Shown one piece after another: positions 24,092 to 39,655 of a stretch of DNA of 64,000 bases. A program made the position numbers and the translations under genes. The stretch comes from Octopus vulgaris. Taxonomy: Eukaryota. Position 1 is the stretch's first letter. The number at the start of each line of letters is the position of its first letter. The stretch covers positions 18,228,001 to 18,292,000 of the forward strand of contig OX597819.1 in assembly GCA_951406725.2 (NCBI GenBank), given 5' to 3'. The notes under the pieces were generated by a model, which saw only the letters and a list, made by a program, of their open reading frames with translations, ran no database searches and was not told where the DNA came from.

Positions 24092-25864
24092 GTACATACA
24101 TACCTACATACACAGATACGTTCGCACACACACACACACACACATATATATATTTATAGATATAGCATACTTATGTATATCGTATATATATATATGCATA
24201 CATACATGCATACACACACACAGAGGCTGATGGTTATATACTGTGCGTGGCTTTTAACTTGTGTTTGACTTTCCAATTCTAATTTGAGTGCATGTGTAGC
24301 GTGTGTGTTAATGTGAACACGTGCATGTATGTGTGTGTGCCTGTGTGTGTATAATTGTGTGTACATATGTGTGGATGTACGCATGCGTGCAGGTACGTGG
24401 ATATATTTGCTAGAAAGTGTTTTCTTTTTCGGCTTTTGCTTCCTTCCGTTGATTGCGTGTTCATATACGTGCGCCTGATTGCGTATGTGTGTGCATGTGT
24501 GTGTGTGTGTCTGTTAATGTATGTGTGTTTCTCGATATCGATGTATCTTCAATCTATGTGTTTATTTATACTTTACATTGATGTTCAAGTGGATCTAACA
24601 TTCTGTAGGTGGATATGTATCTCCTTGAAAACACGCACTCAAACACACGCACACGCATCATTTAAGCGGTGACCGTAACGTCTTGGTCCAGTCCGTTTCA
24701 ATGCGTGTGAGAAGAAGAGCAATTTGTCATACATAAACAAGTTAAGGCTGGTGAATGCAGTAAAAATAGTAGTATATTTACGTGCTATAAGCCCCAAGTC
24801 GGGCCTTATTTAAACGGTTGCATTGCACCCATGCAATCATTTCGAAGACAAAACATGAAGCTCATATGGGTCCTCCTCGCCATGCAGTGACTCCAGCTTG
24901 TGGATGACCATACTAAGCTGTTTGACACCGACGTCTTCTTTGTTGAAATTTATGTAGAACAGAATATTTGGTCATATTCCGTTCTCCCCACTATCCTGTT
25001 CCTTCCTAGTTTCTTTGGGTGTGAGCGTGAGAGTATTGAAATTATGTTGAAGAATTTTGTCTGTTGTATATGAGTATGTGTAAGTTATTGTTGAGCAGGT
25101 ACAGACATAGGGGTTTATATCCTCGCGGCAACCACAAACTATCTTCTTCTTATAAACATCTGCTCTTTTATTTTCATAATTTCATCTTCGTCGTGCATGT
25201 ACTCCATGTATAATGCACTGATGTGCATTCTGTCATTCTTCACTCTTTGATGTTTATTGAGTATAGACGCGAAGATATTCGGAGCGCGGAGCAGATAAAT
25301 AGACACCTTACAAGATCTAAGACCATGGAAGTTCACACACACACACGCATGCACACACACACACATGCACATACACTCTCTCTCTCACACCCACCAAGAA
25401 CTTAACCCTGTATATATGTGTTAGAGAGGGATGAGCTTACATTTATGTATGCGTTTCTTATCTTCAACTTTCTCTGTAGTTGTTAGTAACAAATGGGAAT
25501 ATAACTTCGGTCGGTGCTGCTTTAAAGATTTTGATGCTGATCCAGGTTTGTATTTGTAAAACAATGTCAGCAAACTAGTGGCAAAATGGCATTATGCTGT
25601 TACGTGTGAATGAGTCAATATTCTTATTTTGTGGGACGGCAGAAATGTCTTTTAATTAAGCTTGAAATGAGGAGTGAAGTTGCTGTCTCCTTTCTTATCA
25701 GCTATACTAGAAAACCTCAAATACAATTGAAAGTTACGCCTAACCATATCCACGCTCACACGTGCGCATATACACACTCTTGCAGACAGGAAGACAAACA
25801 GGCTGTTGTATGCAGAATGCGAACAACATTTACAGCACCCATACATGATATAGTGGTCTAAAGC

Positions 25865-26194
25865 GGATGCGCAATGGCCCAGTGGTCAGGGCAGCAGACT
25901 CGCTGTCATAATATTGCGGTTTCGATTCTCAGAAAACACCTGAAGCTCCACGAGGCAGGGAGTGGTGCCGAACCCTTCGGTACTCTTTTACGACAACTTT
26001 CTCTCACTCTTTGTACCTCTTTCTGTTGTACCTATATTTCAAAGGGCTAGACATGTCACACTGAATCTCCCCGAGAACTACGTTAAGGGTACACGTGTCT
26101 GTGGAGTGCTCAGTCACTTGCATGTTATTTACCCGAACACGCTGTTCCATTAATCAGATCAACTGGAACCCTCGTCGTCGTAACTGATTGTGTG
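25865..26194 (+). mobile_element. OR-type SINE, internally deleted
   Basis: gcgcaatggcccagtggtcagggcag...gagaactacgttaagggtacacgtgtctgtggagtgctcag. Confidence 0.88.
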
Positions 26195-26404
26195 CATCGA
26201 GTGTTCTAAATCAGTGTTAAGAGTTAAAACGTGGATATTTCATATATTAAATGGCAAGGATCAGAACTTCTAGAAGTATTTCGAGCAAGCATAGGATTGG
26301 GTCAAGACTGGATTATTTTACTTCAGATTCCTACTTTGTTTTGCTTTAAACTTTATTTTTGTTGTTTTAGCTCAACTCTTCGAAACCCAAGTTTTTTATA
26401 TTAG

Positions 26405-26575
26405 TGCGACTGGTCAGTCTTTACGTTCTGAGCTCAAATTGCGCTCATGTCGAATTCGCTTTTTATTATTTTGAGGTCGATAAATTATATACCGGTTGAA
26501 CATTAGGGCTAATGCAATCAATTAACTAATTTTACCGAATTTGCTGGCCTTGTGCTAAAATATAAAATCAATATA
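26405..26575 (+). mobile_element. Degenerate Nin-domain-type SINE
   Basis: tttacgttctgagctcaaatt...gaggtcgataaatta...tttgctggccttgtgc. Confidence 0.65.
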
Positions 26576-27830
26576 AATATGACAACTAGATGTCACTGGT
26601 GTTCAGGAGTTCATTAAATTTCTGAAACACTGTTTTAAACATTCAACTGTTTTAAATATTCAACACGGATTTCGTCAGACTTGAAACCTTGTGATTTTAA
26701 ACTCTCATATTTCTATTTGCATATCTTATGGGTATGAAACTTTGCCTTATGGTTACGGTCAGCATTTTTGTTTGTTCTCTCTCTCTCTCTCTCTCCTTCG
26801 TTCCCTCTCCACCCTCTCGTTATCTCCCCTCCTTTTCTCTCTCACTCTCTCCCTCTTCTTTCGTTACAAGTGTTTTGGTGGAAAGTTTTAGAGAAATATT
26901 TTATTGAGGCTTGTTGTGCATCGCAACGTGAGCGTATATGTTGAGATTGTTCGAGCTGCAACGGGATATAACGTGACTTGTTCTGGTTAACTCTTCAAAA
27001 TGGTTTGTTTCATGTTCGTGTTTTGATTTATTTTTGTTTACAAGTGTTTACCAATTTTCTATTTTTATGGTTATTTTTATCACTTCCTTGTTTGGTCGTT
27101 TGATCCTGAATTTTACTTTAGTTGTGAGCCGTTTTGGTGTATCACTTTTGAGGTTATCTCTGGGTTTTACGAGCTTATTTCTGGTTTGTTGCCGTGTTTT
27201 AACTCTTTATTTCGCCTTGTGAGATATATTTGTAGATTTGTCTATAATTATTTCCCTCTCTCTGCGCACCGCAACGCTTTATGATGGTGATTGTGATGTT
27301 GCTGAATTATGGAAAGTTTGATTCTATTTCTCGGTGAAATTCATTCCAATTTCTTTTTATTTATAGTTTGTCGTTACTGAAGATGTAGCTTATTTGATTG
27401 ATGTGCAAGTTTACTGTAATGATAAGTAGATACTTTGAGAAAAGAAAGAAAATTATTGCCAAGTTTTAGAGGTAAACAGGCGTTGATGTGAGGAGAGGAA
27501 ATTCACGTCTGGGCTAGTGTGTTTGTTGCTGGGTTAGGGTGGGTTTTGGTATTTGTTGTTTAGGATATAAACAGCTCTAGTTGCAACGATATTGCTGCAG
27601 TTCTCTGGCTGTCACTACTGCTTAAAACTCAGATTTTATGTGTGTTGAAATCTCGTTCAAAAGAAGTTTTTGTCCGGGATAAACTAGATGTAATTTAGAG
27701 CAGGGAGCTGTTCATAATGCTGGGAGTGTGTCAATCTTTACTAATCTAAACCCTTGTCTTAATTTCTGTCCTCCTGAAAGCCCTCATTGCTAATATAGTT
27801 ACCAGTTTTAGTATACAAATGCTATTTTTT

Positions 27831-28024
27831 CTGTTGTGTCTGGAGAGAGTAATTTGCTTTTTCTGCCTTATTATGTAACACACTCACCGGTAAAATTTCC
27901 ACTTATTTCTTATTTTCATAAAAATAAAAATAAAAATAAAAATAAGAAATAAGTGTAAATTTTACCGGTGAGTGCGTTACATTATAAGGTACAAAAAGAA
28001 AATGACTCTCCCCAGACACAACAG
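27831..28024. repeat. Inverted pair of a repeat also present at 20650-20745
   Basis: ctgttgtgtctgg...cactcaccggtaaaatttccacttatttc followed by its reverse complement. Confidence 0.9.
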
Positions 28025-28756
28025 AATATGCTTCAACACACGAACTCATATAAAGAATCTTGCAAACCAAATCCAAAAACGAAATAATGCTATTTATGAC
28101 ACATATATTGTTTGAAAAATGTTAGGTGCATTACACAAACGACTAAATTGTAGAAAGGTTTGTTTAATCAAATTTTATTACAATTGCAAGTGGGTGCCGT
28201 ATTTTATTTCAGTGGTAAAGCTTTTTTGGATGACATTTTTGTTGTTTTGCCCCGTGTTTTCTTTCGTCATATTTATTAAATTTGTCTTTGTAAAGTATTA
28301 ATTTTTTAATGCATTCTCTTTGGTCTGGCGAATTCGCTTCTGGTTGGGTGTTGATGTCCCTGTAAAGTGTATTATTTCCGGATTCTTTGTACATGCATAC
28401 ACACACACATAGACACATATACAAACATACACTCGCAGACACGAACACATATAAACACATATGGATGCTTAAAGACAATCTGAATATATTCCATGACATT
28501 TATCATGCCAGGGAATTTAGAACCTCCTTCGTGCAGTATTTTATGCGGTGCCATTCCATCTATGGCTTTCGAAAGTTACCGACACAGCAGTTGTGTGTAT
28601 TCATCACTCGAGAAACATTCTTTCCATGACTAACACGTGCTCCTTTCTTTCAAATTCAATATTTATCTCCATCTAAAATATTTTTATTGTTATAAAAGCG
28701 TAAAGATTCAGTTAAGCTCTAAAGTAATATTTTTAAAAACAGCTATTTACAAGCTG

Positions 28757-28819
<63 letters not shown>

Positions 28820-28988
28820 TCTGTATTGACTACCTGCTGAATAGACAATTTATATTTACGACAGTGCTTGTGGCAGTGCACAAACTATTTTACTTTTTGC
28901 AAACGCCCACATAAAATTATAATAATATATTTATTTACAAACATATAAATATACATACACACAAAAACACACACACACACATACATAT

Positions 28989-29026
<38 letters not shown>

Positions 29027-30049
29027 ATATATGTTATGATAAAATATGATTGTTAATTACGAATTAAATTGACAAGATTAATCTAATTTAAGGTTGAAAA
29101 CATATTGTTATGCAAATATCTTGCGAAATAGCTTATGGGATTTTTACAAATAATAGACTAGTGCATACTAAAACATTGAATCATGTAGATTAAGATTTGA
29201 ATGAAATTTACGCTCGCTAATATTAGGTCTATAAAAAGATCTAAGAGTCAATATAAAAGTTTAGTTTAAACCTTACATATTTATATGCAAATGTAGTTAA
29301 ATTTTATGTAATAATGTTTGATGTACATTATAGTAAATAATAGACAGTGAAATTCGATAAAAAGCCGTGTATGCCAAGTTTCAGATCATAAGAAATCACC
29401 CTACCAAGAGACACAAAAATAATAACTCATTAAAAATATGGAAACCAAAACATCAGTCTATAACCACAATAGAGAGAGAGGGAGAGTGTGTGTGAGAGAG
29501 AGAGATTTAGAGAGAGAGAGAGAGAGAGAGAGAGAGCAGTATAAAAATCTACCTGAATATTAGCATGTCGCGTAGAATAGTCACATTTGATTTTTCATGC
29601 ATGCCGCCTTAATACTAGCGGTGTGCAAAAAGAGAATGTAAACGGAGCATATTTTGAAATATTAACGTATTGAATATTGAGATACATCAATAAAATGAGA
29701 CATGTCGATTACCAGTTGTTACTGAGACCACGTATGTTAAAGAAACGATAGGTAAATTCATTTAGGAGGCGTTGCGTCGCACACATTTTTTTCTTCTTTG
29801 CAAGCTGAATCCGTATGTTTGGTTTCATGAAGTGAAAACAGGATAATACAATAGTATTAAAAGGAATATTATTTTTCGTTCAGAGCACTACCTTTTCCGA
29901 TTATCACATATTTAATGCTCACGTGGTCGCAGCAGTTTTATCCTGTCTTCCCAACATATCGGCTGCACATCTCCTAACTATAGATTACACTGGACTCTTC
30001 CTTTGATGAGGAATCGCTCCAATACACCACGACGTTTGAACCTTTTGAA

Positions 30050-30299
<250 letters not shown>

Positions 30300-30309
30300 C
30301 ATATATATA

Positions 30310-30560
30310 CAAGTGGTCTGATCAATAAGTATCGGAACAGTTGCCATAGTAACAACTTAGTGCAGGTGCACTAAGTTTTGACGTTCTAGCTCGCTTCCGC
30401 TATTTATAGCAGTTCTTGGAAGGAAGGTGTGTAGCGTACAATTGTTGCAATGACTATGGCAGAGAAAGTTGTCTTGGCAATACCTCCTCGGAGGCCAACG
30501 CAAAGTTGCAGAAAGTGTATGGAGAGGAGTGTATGAGCTGTTCTTTGCTCTTGGTGACGC
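30310..30560 (+). mobile_element. mariner 5' remnant
   Basis: TA plus TIR-like caagtggtctgatcaataagtatc; LGNTSSEANAKLQKVYGEECMS HTH motif. Confidence 0.75.
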
Positions 30561-30646
30561 TCTGCATCCATATGTGCATGTGCATGTATATATATATATA
30601 TATATATATATATGCGTGTGTGTGTGTGTTTGTGTGTATGTATGCA

Positions 30647-30682
<36 letters not shown>

Positions 30683-30899
30683 TTTCGCCAGAATGTTTTT
30701 TTATTAGGGCTCTATCCCTTCTAGGTTCTGGTATGAGCAAGTCTTTCTGCTTCTTTCTGTTTACAAATTCCCCTTACCATTTAGCAACGCGACCTTCAAG
30801 AGTTACTTCTATCTGTGGCTTCTTGTTAGTCAAAAGATGAACAAGAGTACAAATTTCGCCGGCAAATGAGGAAACGTGACTGGTAGACCTGATTCTATT

Positions 30900-31400
30900 T
30901 ATCCATGGTATAAGTATTAGATACTTAACATCCTCTTTGTCCAGACTATGTCTGATCTTTCTATCCTCAATCTTACCTGTTTAGCAATTCCTCTTGGTAA
31001 TATCCATGGATCACATTGTAACCCTCAAAGTTTACTGATATTTTAGGCTGATAAATGTTTTCTTCACAATAATCTATAGGTGAGTACATCTTGGAGCTTT
31101 ACCAACTGCATCGTTTTTTGAATAACCTGGGAAGGAGATTAGAATAGCATTAATCCATGTAAAAATGGTGTTCTGAAATTGGTATTTATTATATTCTTTC
31201 TAGGCTGTTCAATGTTCTAAAATCTCCTGAGGAGAATACAACGACATCAGCTGCATACATTTATCCAAAGAAATACGAGGCACCATGAGAGCCACATCTC
31301 CAAAATGAGAGATAAGTATTACTTTGTGTATTTTTACACGGGTATCCATCACCTTTGATTTATGTGCTACCATGATGGCACACGTTCTTGCAATTGTATA
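30900..31400 (-). mobile_element. Very decayed LINE RT fragment (possibly L1/Tx1-like)
   Basis: Minus-strand MYAADVVVFSS (YADD-like) and later WTKRMLSI. Confidence 0.35.
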
Positions 31401-32955
31401 CGAACTGACTACAAAATGTATGTTATTGTATAGGTTCTTATAATTCGTATTCAAAAGTTGTTTGAAATTAGAATAGTTCCTGCCCAAAACAATAGTTTAT
31501 ATTGGTTTTTCAAAAAATGTATACGTAATTCGAATACGTGGATATGTGTAGAGTAAGTTGTGTGTGTATCTCTAACATATTTGTATAGTTACATGAATAG
31601 TTCATACTGGATCACGAAACTCTTTAGTTTCGTGTTGTAAAATCGTGAGCTAAAGTAAATTGCTAATAGATGCATTTATTTGAATGTACATTTGTCCTCC
31701 CCGCTCCCACCCCACTTTACTAATGAAATACCGAGATTCATATTGTTATGGTGACAGCAAATGACTAAATGCAGGAACGCAAGCCTTTATGTTATTAATC
31801 ATAGAACAAGCAATAAGTCTTACAAGCCATATACACACAACACAAATATACGTAGAGATGCGCTTTTACATATATATATATATATATATATACATACATA
31901 CACACACATATACACATATAATTTGCATATATGCATATAGACGCACACACACAAACACACGCAAGCCCACGCACACACACACACACAAACAAACAAACGG
32001 AAGCCCACGCACACACACACACATACACACACACTCTTCTCTCTCTTTCTCTCTCTTACACACACACCCTCTTCTCCTTCTCTCTTTCTCTCTCTTACAC
32101 ATACACACACTCTTCTCTCTCTCTTTCTATCTCTCACACACACACACGTATACTCCCATAATATTTGTTGAAGTAAAATAACATGCATAACAGTGAATGC
32201 ATGAACGAATAAGATGAAAATGAATGCTTCATAATATCTACAATATATTAAAATACACAAATTAAGAGTGCGTACGTGTGAAATAACACATGGATTACTA
32301 TGCGAATTCGTGCCATTATACATCAATTCCATATGGAACGCTTTTAATTATCTTTTGTTAAAAATGAATTGTAATAACAAAAGAAAAATAACTCTTAATT
32401 GCCAAAAGTTGGAAAGTAGAAAAATTAAACATAACTTCGTGAACAAAGCAAACGAAAACATCCCTCAAAATAATTCTATTTACATTAAAAATATATTCTA
32501 AGCTAAGAAATGTATTGGACACACCGAAGAAGGCTGGGACAGTCTGAGTGAGTTCGTTATTCCTAACATCGGTTTGAGACAAGAGGGAGAACTAGATTAG
32601 GAAAGCTGTAGATGGAAATCTAAGTAGATACGTACGCCACCATACGTATATAAAAAGAAATAGAAAAATGGGACAAGAATGCAAAACATCCAGACAGATG
32701 ATACAAAAAGAGGGACAAGAAAAAACAACGTCGAGTCATTCGAAGTTTTCTTTCCTCATTCGAGTTCCAGATTATTTTGCAATTTCGGCTGGTTATACTC
32801 AAGATTGCTCCAATCTGGCCAGTCCAAGGAAACACTAAGCTAAGTGCACTAGATTCCTTGGAGGAAAGCAGCGAATGTGTACGAAATCAAGGACGGAAAA
32901 ACAAACGGAGAAATGGTACACAAATACAAATGCAAATAACAGGACATAACAACAG

Positions 32956-33022
<67 letters not shown>

Positions 33023-33750
33023 CATATGTATGTATGTTTGTATGTATGCATGCATGCATGTATGTATATGTATGTATGTACGTACGTATGTGTATATCCA
33101 TGTATAGATGCATATCAATCCCTGTGATATTCTGAATGCTAACGCTGGAAGTTTGCTGTGGTTTTTAGGAAACATAACTACAAAGTAAATAAATCGCATA
33201 AAAAGAAGAAAAATGAAAAAGCGACGAGTGAGGACATCCCAGTTGAATGGAGAAGAATACGTTTGCGCACTAGAAAGTGCTGTAGAGTTATTAGAGTTGA
33301 CGATATTAAAGATTCTTTAATGTTTCTCATGGAAAGTGGTGAGGTATGGATACTTTGGCCTATAATTTATAGTCCAAGTGATTAGTCGTAATTCACATGG
33401 TAAATATCCTAATGTGTGTGTGGTGGGGATGGAATTTTGGCGTCATGTTCGGACAGCAAAATTGTAGGGTGATATAAGATATTTAGCAAGGTAATTATAA
33501 TGCTTAGTCTATGCATGGTTATTGGTAAATGTGAAATTATATTAACAAGCCATTAATAAGAAAGTTAAAATATCAATACCAGGTTTGATATTGGTATAAT
33601 AGATTAAGTTCAAAGTAATTTAAACTTTCTTAAATGAAAATTAATCAGGAATGTGGCCACATTTGTTGTGAATGTAGGGAATATTGTGAGAGAGGGGAAC
33701 GAAAGAAAGAAGAATGGAAAGAAGCAATGTTGTGAATATATATCCTAGAC

Positions 33751-36490
33751 CATGCGTCGGCAACCTTTAGCAAATGGGGTGCCAAACCTAGCTCCCAAAA
33801 GCATTGCGCGTGCCAACTTCATATTGGCACTCTTATTAGTAGAATTTATGCTTTTGAAACTCGCTATAACAGAAATCTAGTTTATTAATTCTTTAATAAT
33901 TCAAATTGAATGGAAACAAATATAGTTTTATTTCAATAATTAATTTTTAAAAGTATTTCACATTATAAACAACAGAACAAAATTCTAAACAAGCTATTAA
34001 CAACAGTTACATTAAATTTCTGTAAATTAATGGGAACATAGTCCCTGTACATTTTTGCCTAATTTCTCAATATCAGTTGCATAATTTGTGACTTTTAGCT
34101 TCATGTTGATTGTCTGACAAATTCTTTGTGGACTGAAAACAGATTTCATATGGGAAAACATTTCCTCTCATATATATGTTGAGCCAAAGGCTGAAAGTAG
34201 AACATATGAGATTTTCTTCAAAGAATTGAATTTTTCAACCAACGACATACAACAATTGAAAATGGCAACAGACTTCTACAAGAAACTTCTTTTGTTTTCC
34301 CCAATTCTGAAGTTGTTACTTCAACCATTTCCATTTCAAAAATACCGACGGCCATCCACTCAAATAGTGATCGATCAAATGGGTTCGTTATCAAATCAAT
34401 CAAGTCGGGTTTGCTGAGAAAAGAAAATATCGGAACGTAAGTTTCGAAATCCTTATTTCGCTTGGAAAATTCTTCTAGCAACTTTGCATTATATTTTTGA
34501 AGTTCTTTATTATTAACATTACATCAATTAGAATAAGCTTCTACGTTTGGAAAGCATTTGTAAGTGTTGCTAAGTATACTATGCCAAAAAATATCTAATT
34601 TTAACAAAGTATGATACAAATCTGTTCAAAAAATTATCCTGTCGAAGCCAACAGCCATTACAGTATAGCGGGCGGTCTGCAAAATTCGCTGTCCAATTCT
34701 TGCAGAAGGGACTTAAATTGTCTGTGAGTCAGTGGATGCGAGGAAGTAGGAAGTTAACTATTTTAACAAGAGTCTCCATGACAGATACATAGCTTTGTGA
34801 AGAAAGTGTTACAACTAAATTTTCCTCATGCAATGAAAACTCATTACATTGCGTCCAATATGATTTCCAAGAAGCTTAACAAACTCTTTTTCCTTTCGAA
34901 CCATTGCACGTGTACAATCATTAGTCATATAAAATATTTTATTTATATTAATGGCTTCATATTCAAGTTAATTTACAAATGCAGTCAGAATGTCTTGTCC
35001 CGTAGTTATATTGGTAAGAGGAATCATATAACATAATTCTTCATAAATACGATCATTCTCACAGTATCTTACCAAAATTGCTTGGCACGCTATGTCATTC
35101 ACATCAGTATTTTCATTGATAGCCTCACTGAATGCAGCAGCCTTTTGTAATCCAACTTTTTGTTTTATTGTTGTTTTCAACCGTATCAGTTATACGTCCC
35201 TTAACTGATCTTGCAGAAGCTGGTATTTCTTTAATTCGAGACTATTGTTTCAGCGTTTGGTAAATCAATGTTATCACTTCCCAGAAAAGCATTTTAGATA
35301 AATTCTGCGTCTGTAAAAGTGTAAAAGTGAGCAAATGCGTAACTACATTAGTTGGCTTTACTTTTGGTTTCAAGCATTTGAACAAAAACAGAAAGGCATT
35401 TTTTGTAACTAGAAATAAATCTTTTGATGGTTTCAGTTTTCTCATCAGAGTTTTTAAATGTAGTCAGGTGTCTATTTTGATAGTGTCGTTTGTACACTTG
35501 TACGACATACGAGGTATTCACGACAGAATATACACACAGCACCATCATTTTGTTGTAGAAATCCATAATCAGTTCTCCAGAAATCTTGAAATTAACGACC
35601 GTCAAGTTTTTGTCTTTTGTTATTCATCTTCGGCCACTATATATTGATAATTAATATTAACAGGTATATAAACCCTTAAACCAGATTCTACAAATAGAAA
35701 TAAAAATAACTAAATAAAAATAATGAGATTAAAAGAAAAAATGTAAAAAAGTGAAATAAGGAAATAAATTTAGTGAATAAATTTCCGTAATAATAAAAAT
35801 AATTATATTAAAATAATTGGTAAGAATAAACAGTAAAAAAACAGTCACAAAGGAGACATTCAAACCAAAGAAAATATGTATAACTTTTGACATTTTATGT
35901 TTGCTTGTCTTTGAAAACCCTTCTCACTAAGGATTTTTTCCTATTTAATATAAAACTGGCCTCAGAATAAGATAATAATTTTAAAAGAGTCTACTTATAG
36001 ATGACAGTAGGAGCCCATTTTTAAGGATGTCTTTATTGAGATTGGCCACTGTAAGGTAGTTAACTGATTTTAACATATCATGATCTGCACTGCTAAAGAT
36101 ACAACAGATTAAAACAATAGGCGTTTGCGTGTCTAGCTGCTGGCTTAAGTAATAAAGTACGTATAAATACATTCAGCGCCAGTTTACAAATGACTTAATT
36201 GTGCTAACATTTATAATTTGGTGTCGCCAAAATTATTTGTGTTCAGTAGTAATATATGTTTAAGGAAAGGTAATGCTACCAAATACAGCTAACTTCTGAT
36301 AGTTTAGGTTAGAATAGATGGATCATAAAAAAAGACATGTAACGATGTAATTTAATTATTATGATGGCGCTTGTTGAATTATATTTATAAACAAAAATTT
36401 ACGTTTATTTTTTACCAAGAGGCGTGCGTGACATTGTAAATTGGACCATGTGTCATGCATGGCACGCGCGCCATAGTTAGCCAATGCCTG
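33751..36490 (-). mobile_element. Full-length decayed hAT (Charlie/Buster, GTF2IRD2-like) DNA transposon
   Basis: Imperfect TIRs catgcgtcggcaac / gttagccaatgcctg; 8-bp TSD tcctagac / ccctagac; fragments AINENTDVNDIACQAILVRY..IYEEL..TTGQDI, EEFSKRNKDF and SAFGSTYI..FSHMK. Confidence 0.9.
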
Positions 36491-38171
36491 CCCTAGACTT
36501 AAAACGGCTGAATGCGTGGGGAACGGGTTAAAGACAATATAACAAAAAATGTATAGGGAAATGTTTAAACCGAGAAGAGATGTGCTTTTGACTCCAATTA
36601 TATGTACACATAGCGGTTTCGAATTTCTTCCGGCGTGCTAATGTATATCCCTACGTCACCTTATATTTCTATGTATACATATTAGTTGATATGTAGTTGC
36701 ATATACGCTTTCAATGCACATACATCACTTTTTGACCAACACATATAGTTTCCTCCAAAGAGCGATATAGAATCACCTGTCGTTAGTCTCCTTATCATTT
36801 CCATAAAAAAATATTCCATATTTGATATACCACTTTCCAAAGGAGACAGTTTGTCGCTAACTTAATGCTCCATAATCCAAATAAAATCGCCAGTCGCTAT
36901 TTTTTTTATAGACATTTTAAATTTGTAAAACATTTCTGCAGTTAAAAACGCACGAAAGATTGCATTGAACAATTTATTCAAAACAATAAAATTATCTGAC
37001 AGAGGATATCAGGTTTACGGTGAAACCATCAATAAGAAAACTACAGGAGGCATAAAAAGCTGCATAATCAAAGTTAATATCGACTTAATAGCTGATGTAT
37101 TATCTTCTTTCACTAATAACAAAAGCAACATGACCAACATTTTAAAGTTCAGCTACAAAAAATGAAAAATAGTATTTTGTAAGTACTTTCTTGTGGATGT
37201 AGACTGTATACATGGTCATGTCTCGGCAGTATTATTAACCATAATGATTTCTGATATAGGTTAGACGTGATAGGTCTAAGTGGAGATATTACAAGAGAAG
37301 CAATGGATATTTATCCTTTTTACTGAGACAAATTAAGTGCCATTACACTGTTTTGTTTACAGACGAAGTCATTCTACCATTGGTGCATATCAATACAACA
37401 ATTCTGAAAAAGTTTCTGCCGACCGAAACTACGAGAATGCGGTCGGAATCACTGAGCCAATGATTGAATCAGTTTCAGTCTGAAGCTTCCTTTGAATGAT
37501 GTTAGGGTTTCAATTACCAAAGTAAAACTCAAATAACTACACTTGACAGTTTAATGTTTATGTGTCGCAAGAGGAGTATAGAAAAATGATCCCTCAAGCG
37601 AGGAGCAGTGGGATATGCACTTTCTAACATGATTAAGATTTTAAGGAAGATTGGAAGACGTTTATATGTTACTATCAACATAATGTTCTTAATCGCTTGG
37701 TCAACTTTAAAGTCAGTATTTGCTTTTAAACTCAGGATGTATTTTTTTCTGCTCTAGGCACAAGACCCGAAATTTTGGGGGACAGGGCTACTCCATGAGA
37801 TCAAACCCAGTACGCAACGGTTACTTAATGTTCGCCCGGCATCCTGACGTTTCTGCTAACTCACCGCCTTCAAAGCTAGGATATATTATTACGCACTGGG
37901 GTCGATGTATTACACTTGATCCCCTTTTCTGTCCTTGTCTGTCCCCTCTGTGTTAAGCCCCCTGTGGGCAATAAAGAAGTAAATATTATCATGAAGATAT
38001 ATAGCTCTTAAAGAGATATTAGCCTCTATGTTCCCCGGTTTCTCCCAGAGATTCTGGGATACCTACACAGAGTGGTTGTACGTGTTTTCAAATCAAAGAT
38101 GGAGCTTTTCAAGATGAACCTACATCGCAGCAAGAGTTGAAAATGAGGGTTTTATCAAATGCCACATATTA

Positions 38172-38475
<304 letters not shown>

Positions 38476-38730
38476 ACACAGAGAATAAAAAAAAACTTGT
38501 GGATTTATTAATCGAGCATGGTGACACACATACGCACGCACGCACGCACATACACACATATATATATATATATACACACACACAAACACACGCACGCAAA
38601 TTCACACATGTACACATATAATTTTTTTCTCACTTCCTTCATCTCTCTTACTTTCTCCCTGCTTTACCCCTTATCTCACCGTATTTTCTCTCTCTCTCTC
38701 TTTCTCTCTCTCTCTTTCTCTCTCTCTCTT

Positions 38731-38763
<33 letters not shown>

Positions 38764-39071
38764 AAGTATATATACGAAAGAGAAAGAGCGAGAGAAGAAG
38801 AAGAGAGAGAGGGAGAGTGAATCACTCAGTAGATATGAGGTGTGTGCGGCAGATTAGGATTATGAAAGACATGAAAAATATGAGTGAAATAAAGCTAATT
38901 TGAGAGAAGAAGCGGAACTTAGAGGGAGAAAAGACGCTGGTGGGATAAGCGGGGAAGAAGGAAGAACAAAGTACCAGACACAGAGAAAGGACAATCATAA
39001 TGTTGCGAAGAGTGAATAGAGAGGGTGGAAAGAGGAAGGAAGAGAGAAAAAGACTATATATGTGTACGTGG

Positions 39072-39224
39072 GTGTATTTTCTCTCAATCCTTTCTGGTGA
39101 AATGTGTAGGCTCGAAACGTATACACGTGTTTGCTGTTCAAGCACCTGTCTTCGTCTTTTGTTTTTCTCTAAATTTCCACTATATATATATATATATGTG
39201 TGTGTATGTGTGTGTGTGTGTGTT

Positions 39225-39260
<36 letters not shown>

Positions 39261-39349
39261 TGTGTGTGTGTATGTATTTATATATATTGTTTCAGCTCAC
39301 AGCTGTGGCTCTTCTGTTTTGCTATAATGTTATTTTAGAGAGCCTCCTC
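39072..39349 (+). repeat. Right arm of inverted duplication
   Basis: See 38172-38475; core ctggtgaaatgtgtaggctcgaaacgta. Confidence 0.92.
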
Positions 39350-39491
39350 AAACAGAATGTTTGTGCGGAGGATGACAAACGTGAAAGAGTGATTGTGAGA
39401 GACAAATATTAAAGAGATAAGGCACAGCGCGAGAAAGAACTTGCGAGTGTGTTAGCCAGCGTGAGCGTGTACGAATGTGTGTGTGTAAACG

Positions 39492-39577
<86 letters not shown>

Positions 39578-39618
39578 CATACACATGTGTGTGTGTGTTT
39601 ACACACGAACACATATAT

Positions 39619-39655
<37 letters not shown>

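Noticed and set aside
26890-27800. Possible Penelope N-terminal coding remnant
   Set aside because: Only a compositional (K/R-rich) resemblance, with conflicting strand clues
32518-32560. ccgaaga-aggctg gga cagtct hammerhead-like start
   Set aside because: Followed by GAGT rather than GAAA, with no stem I
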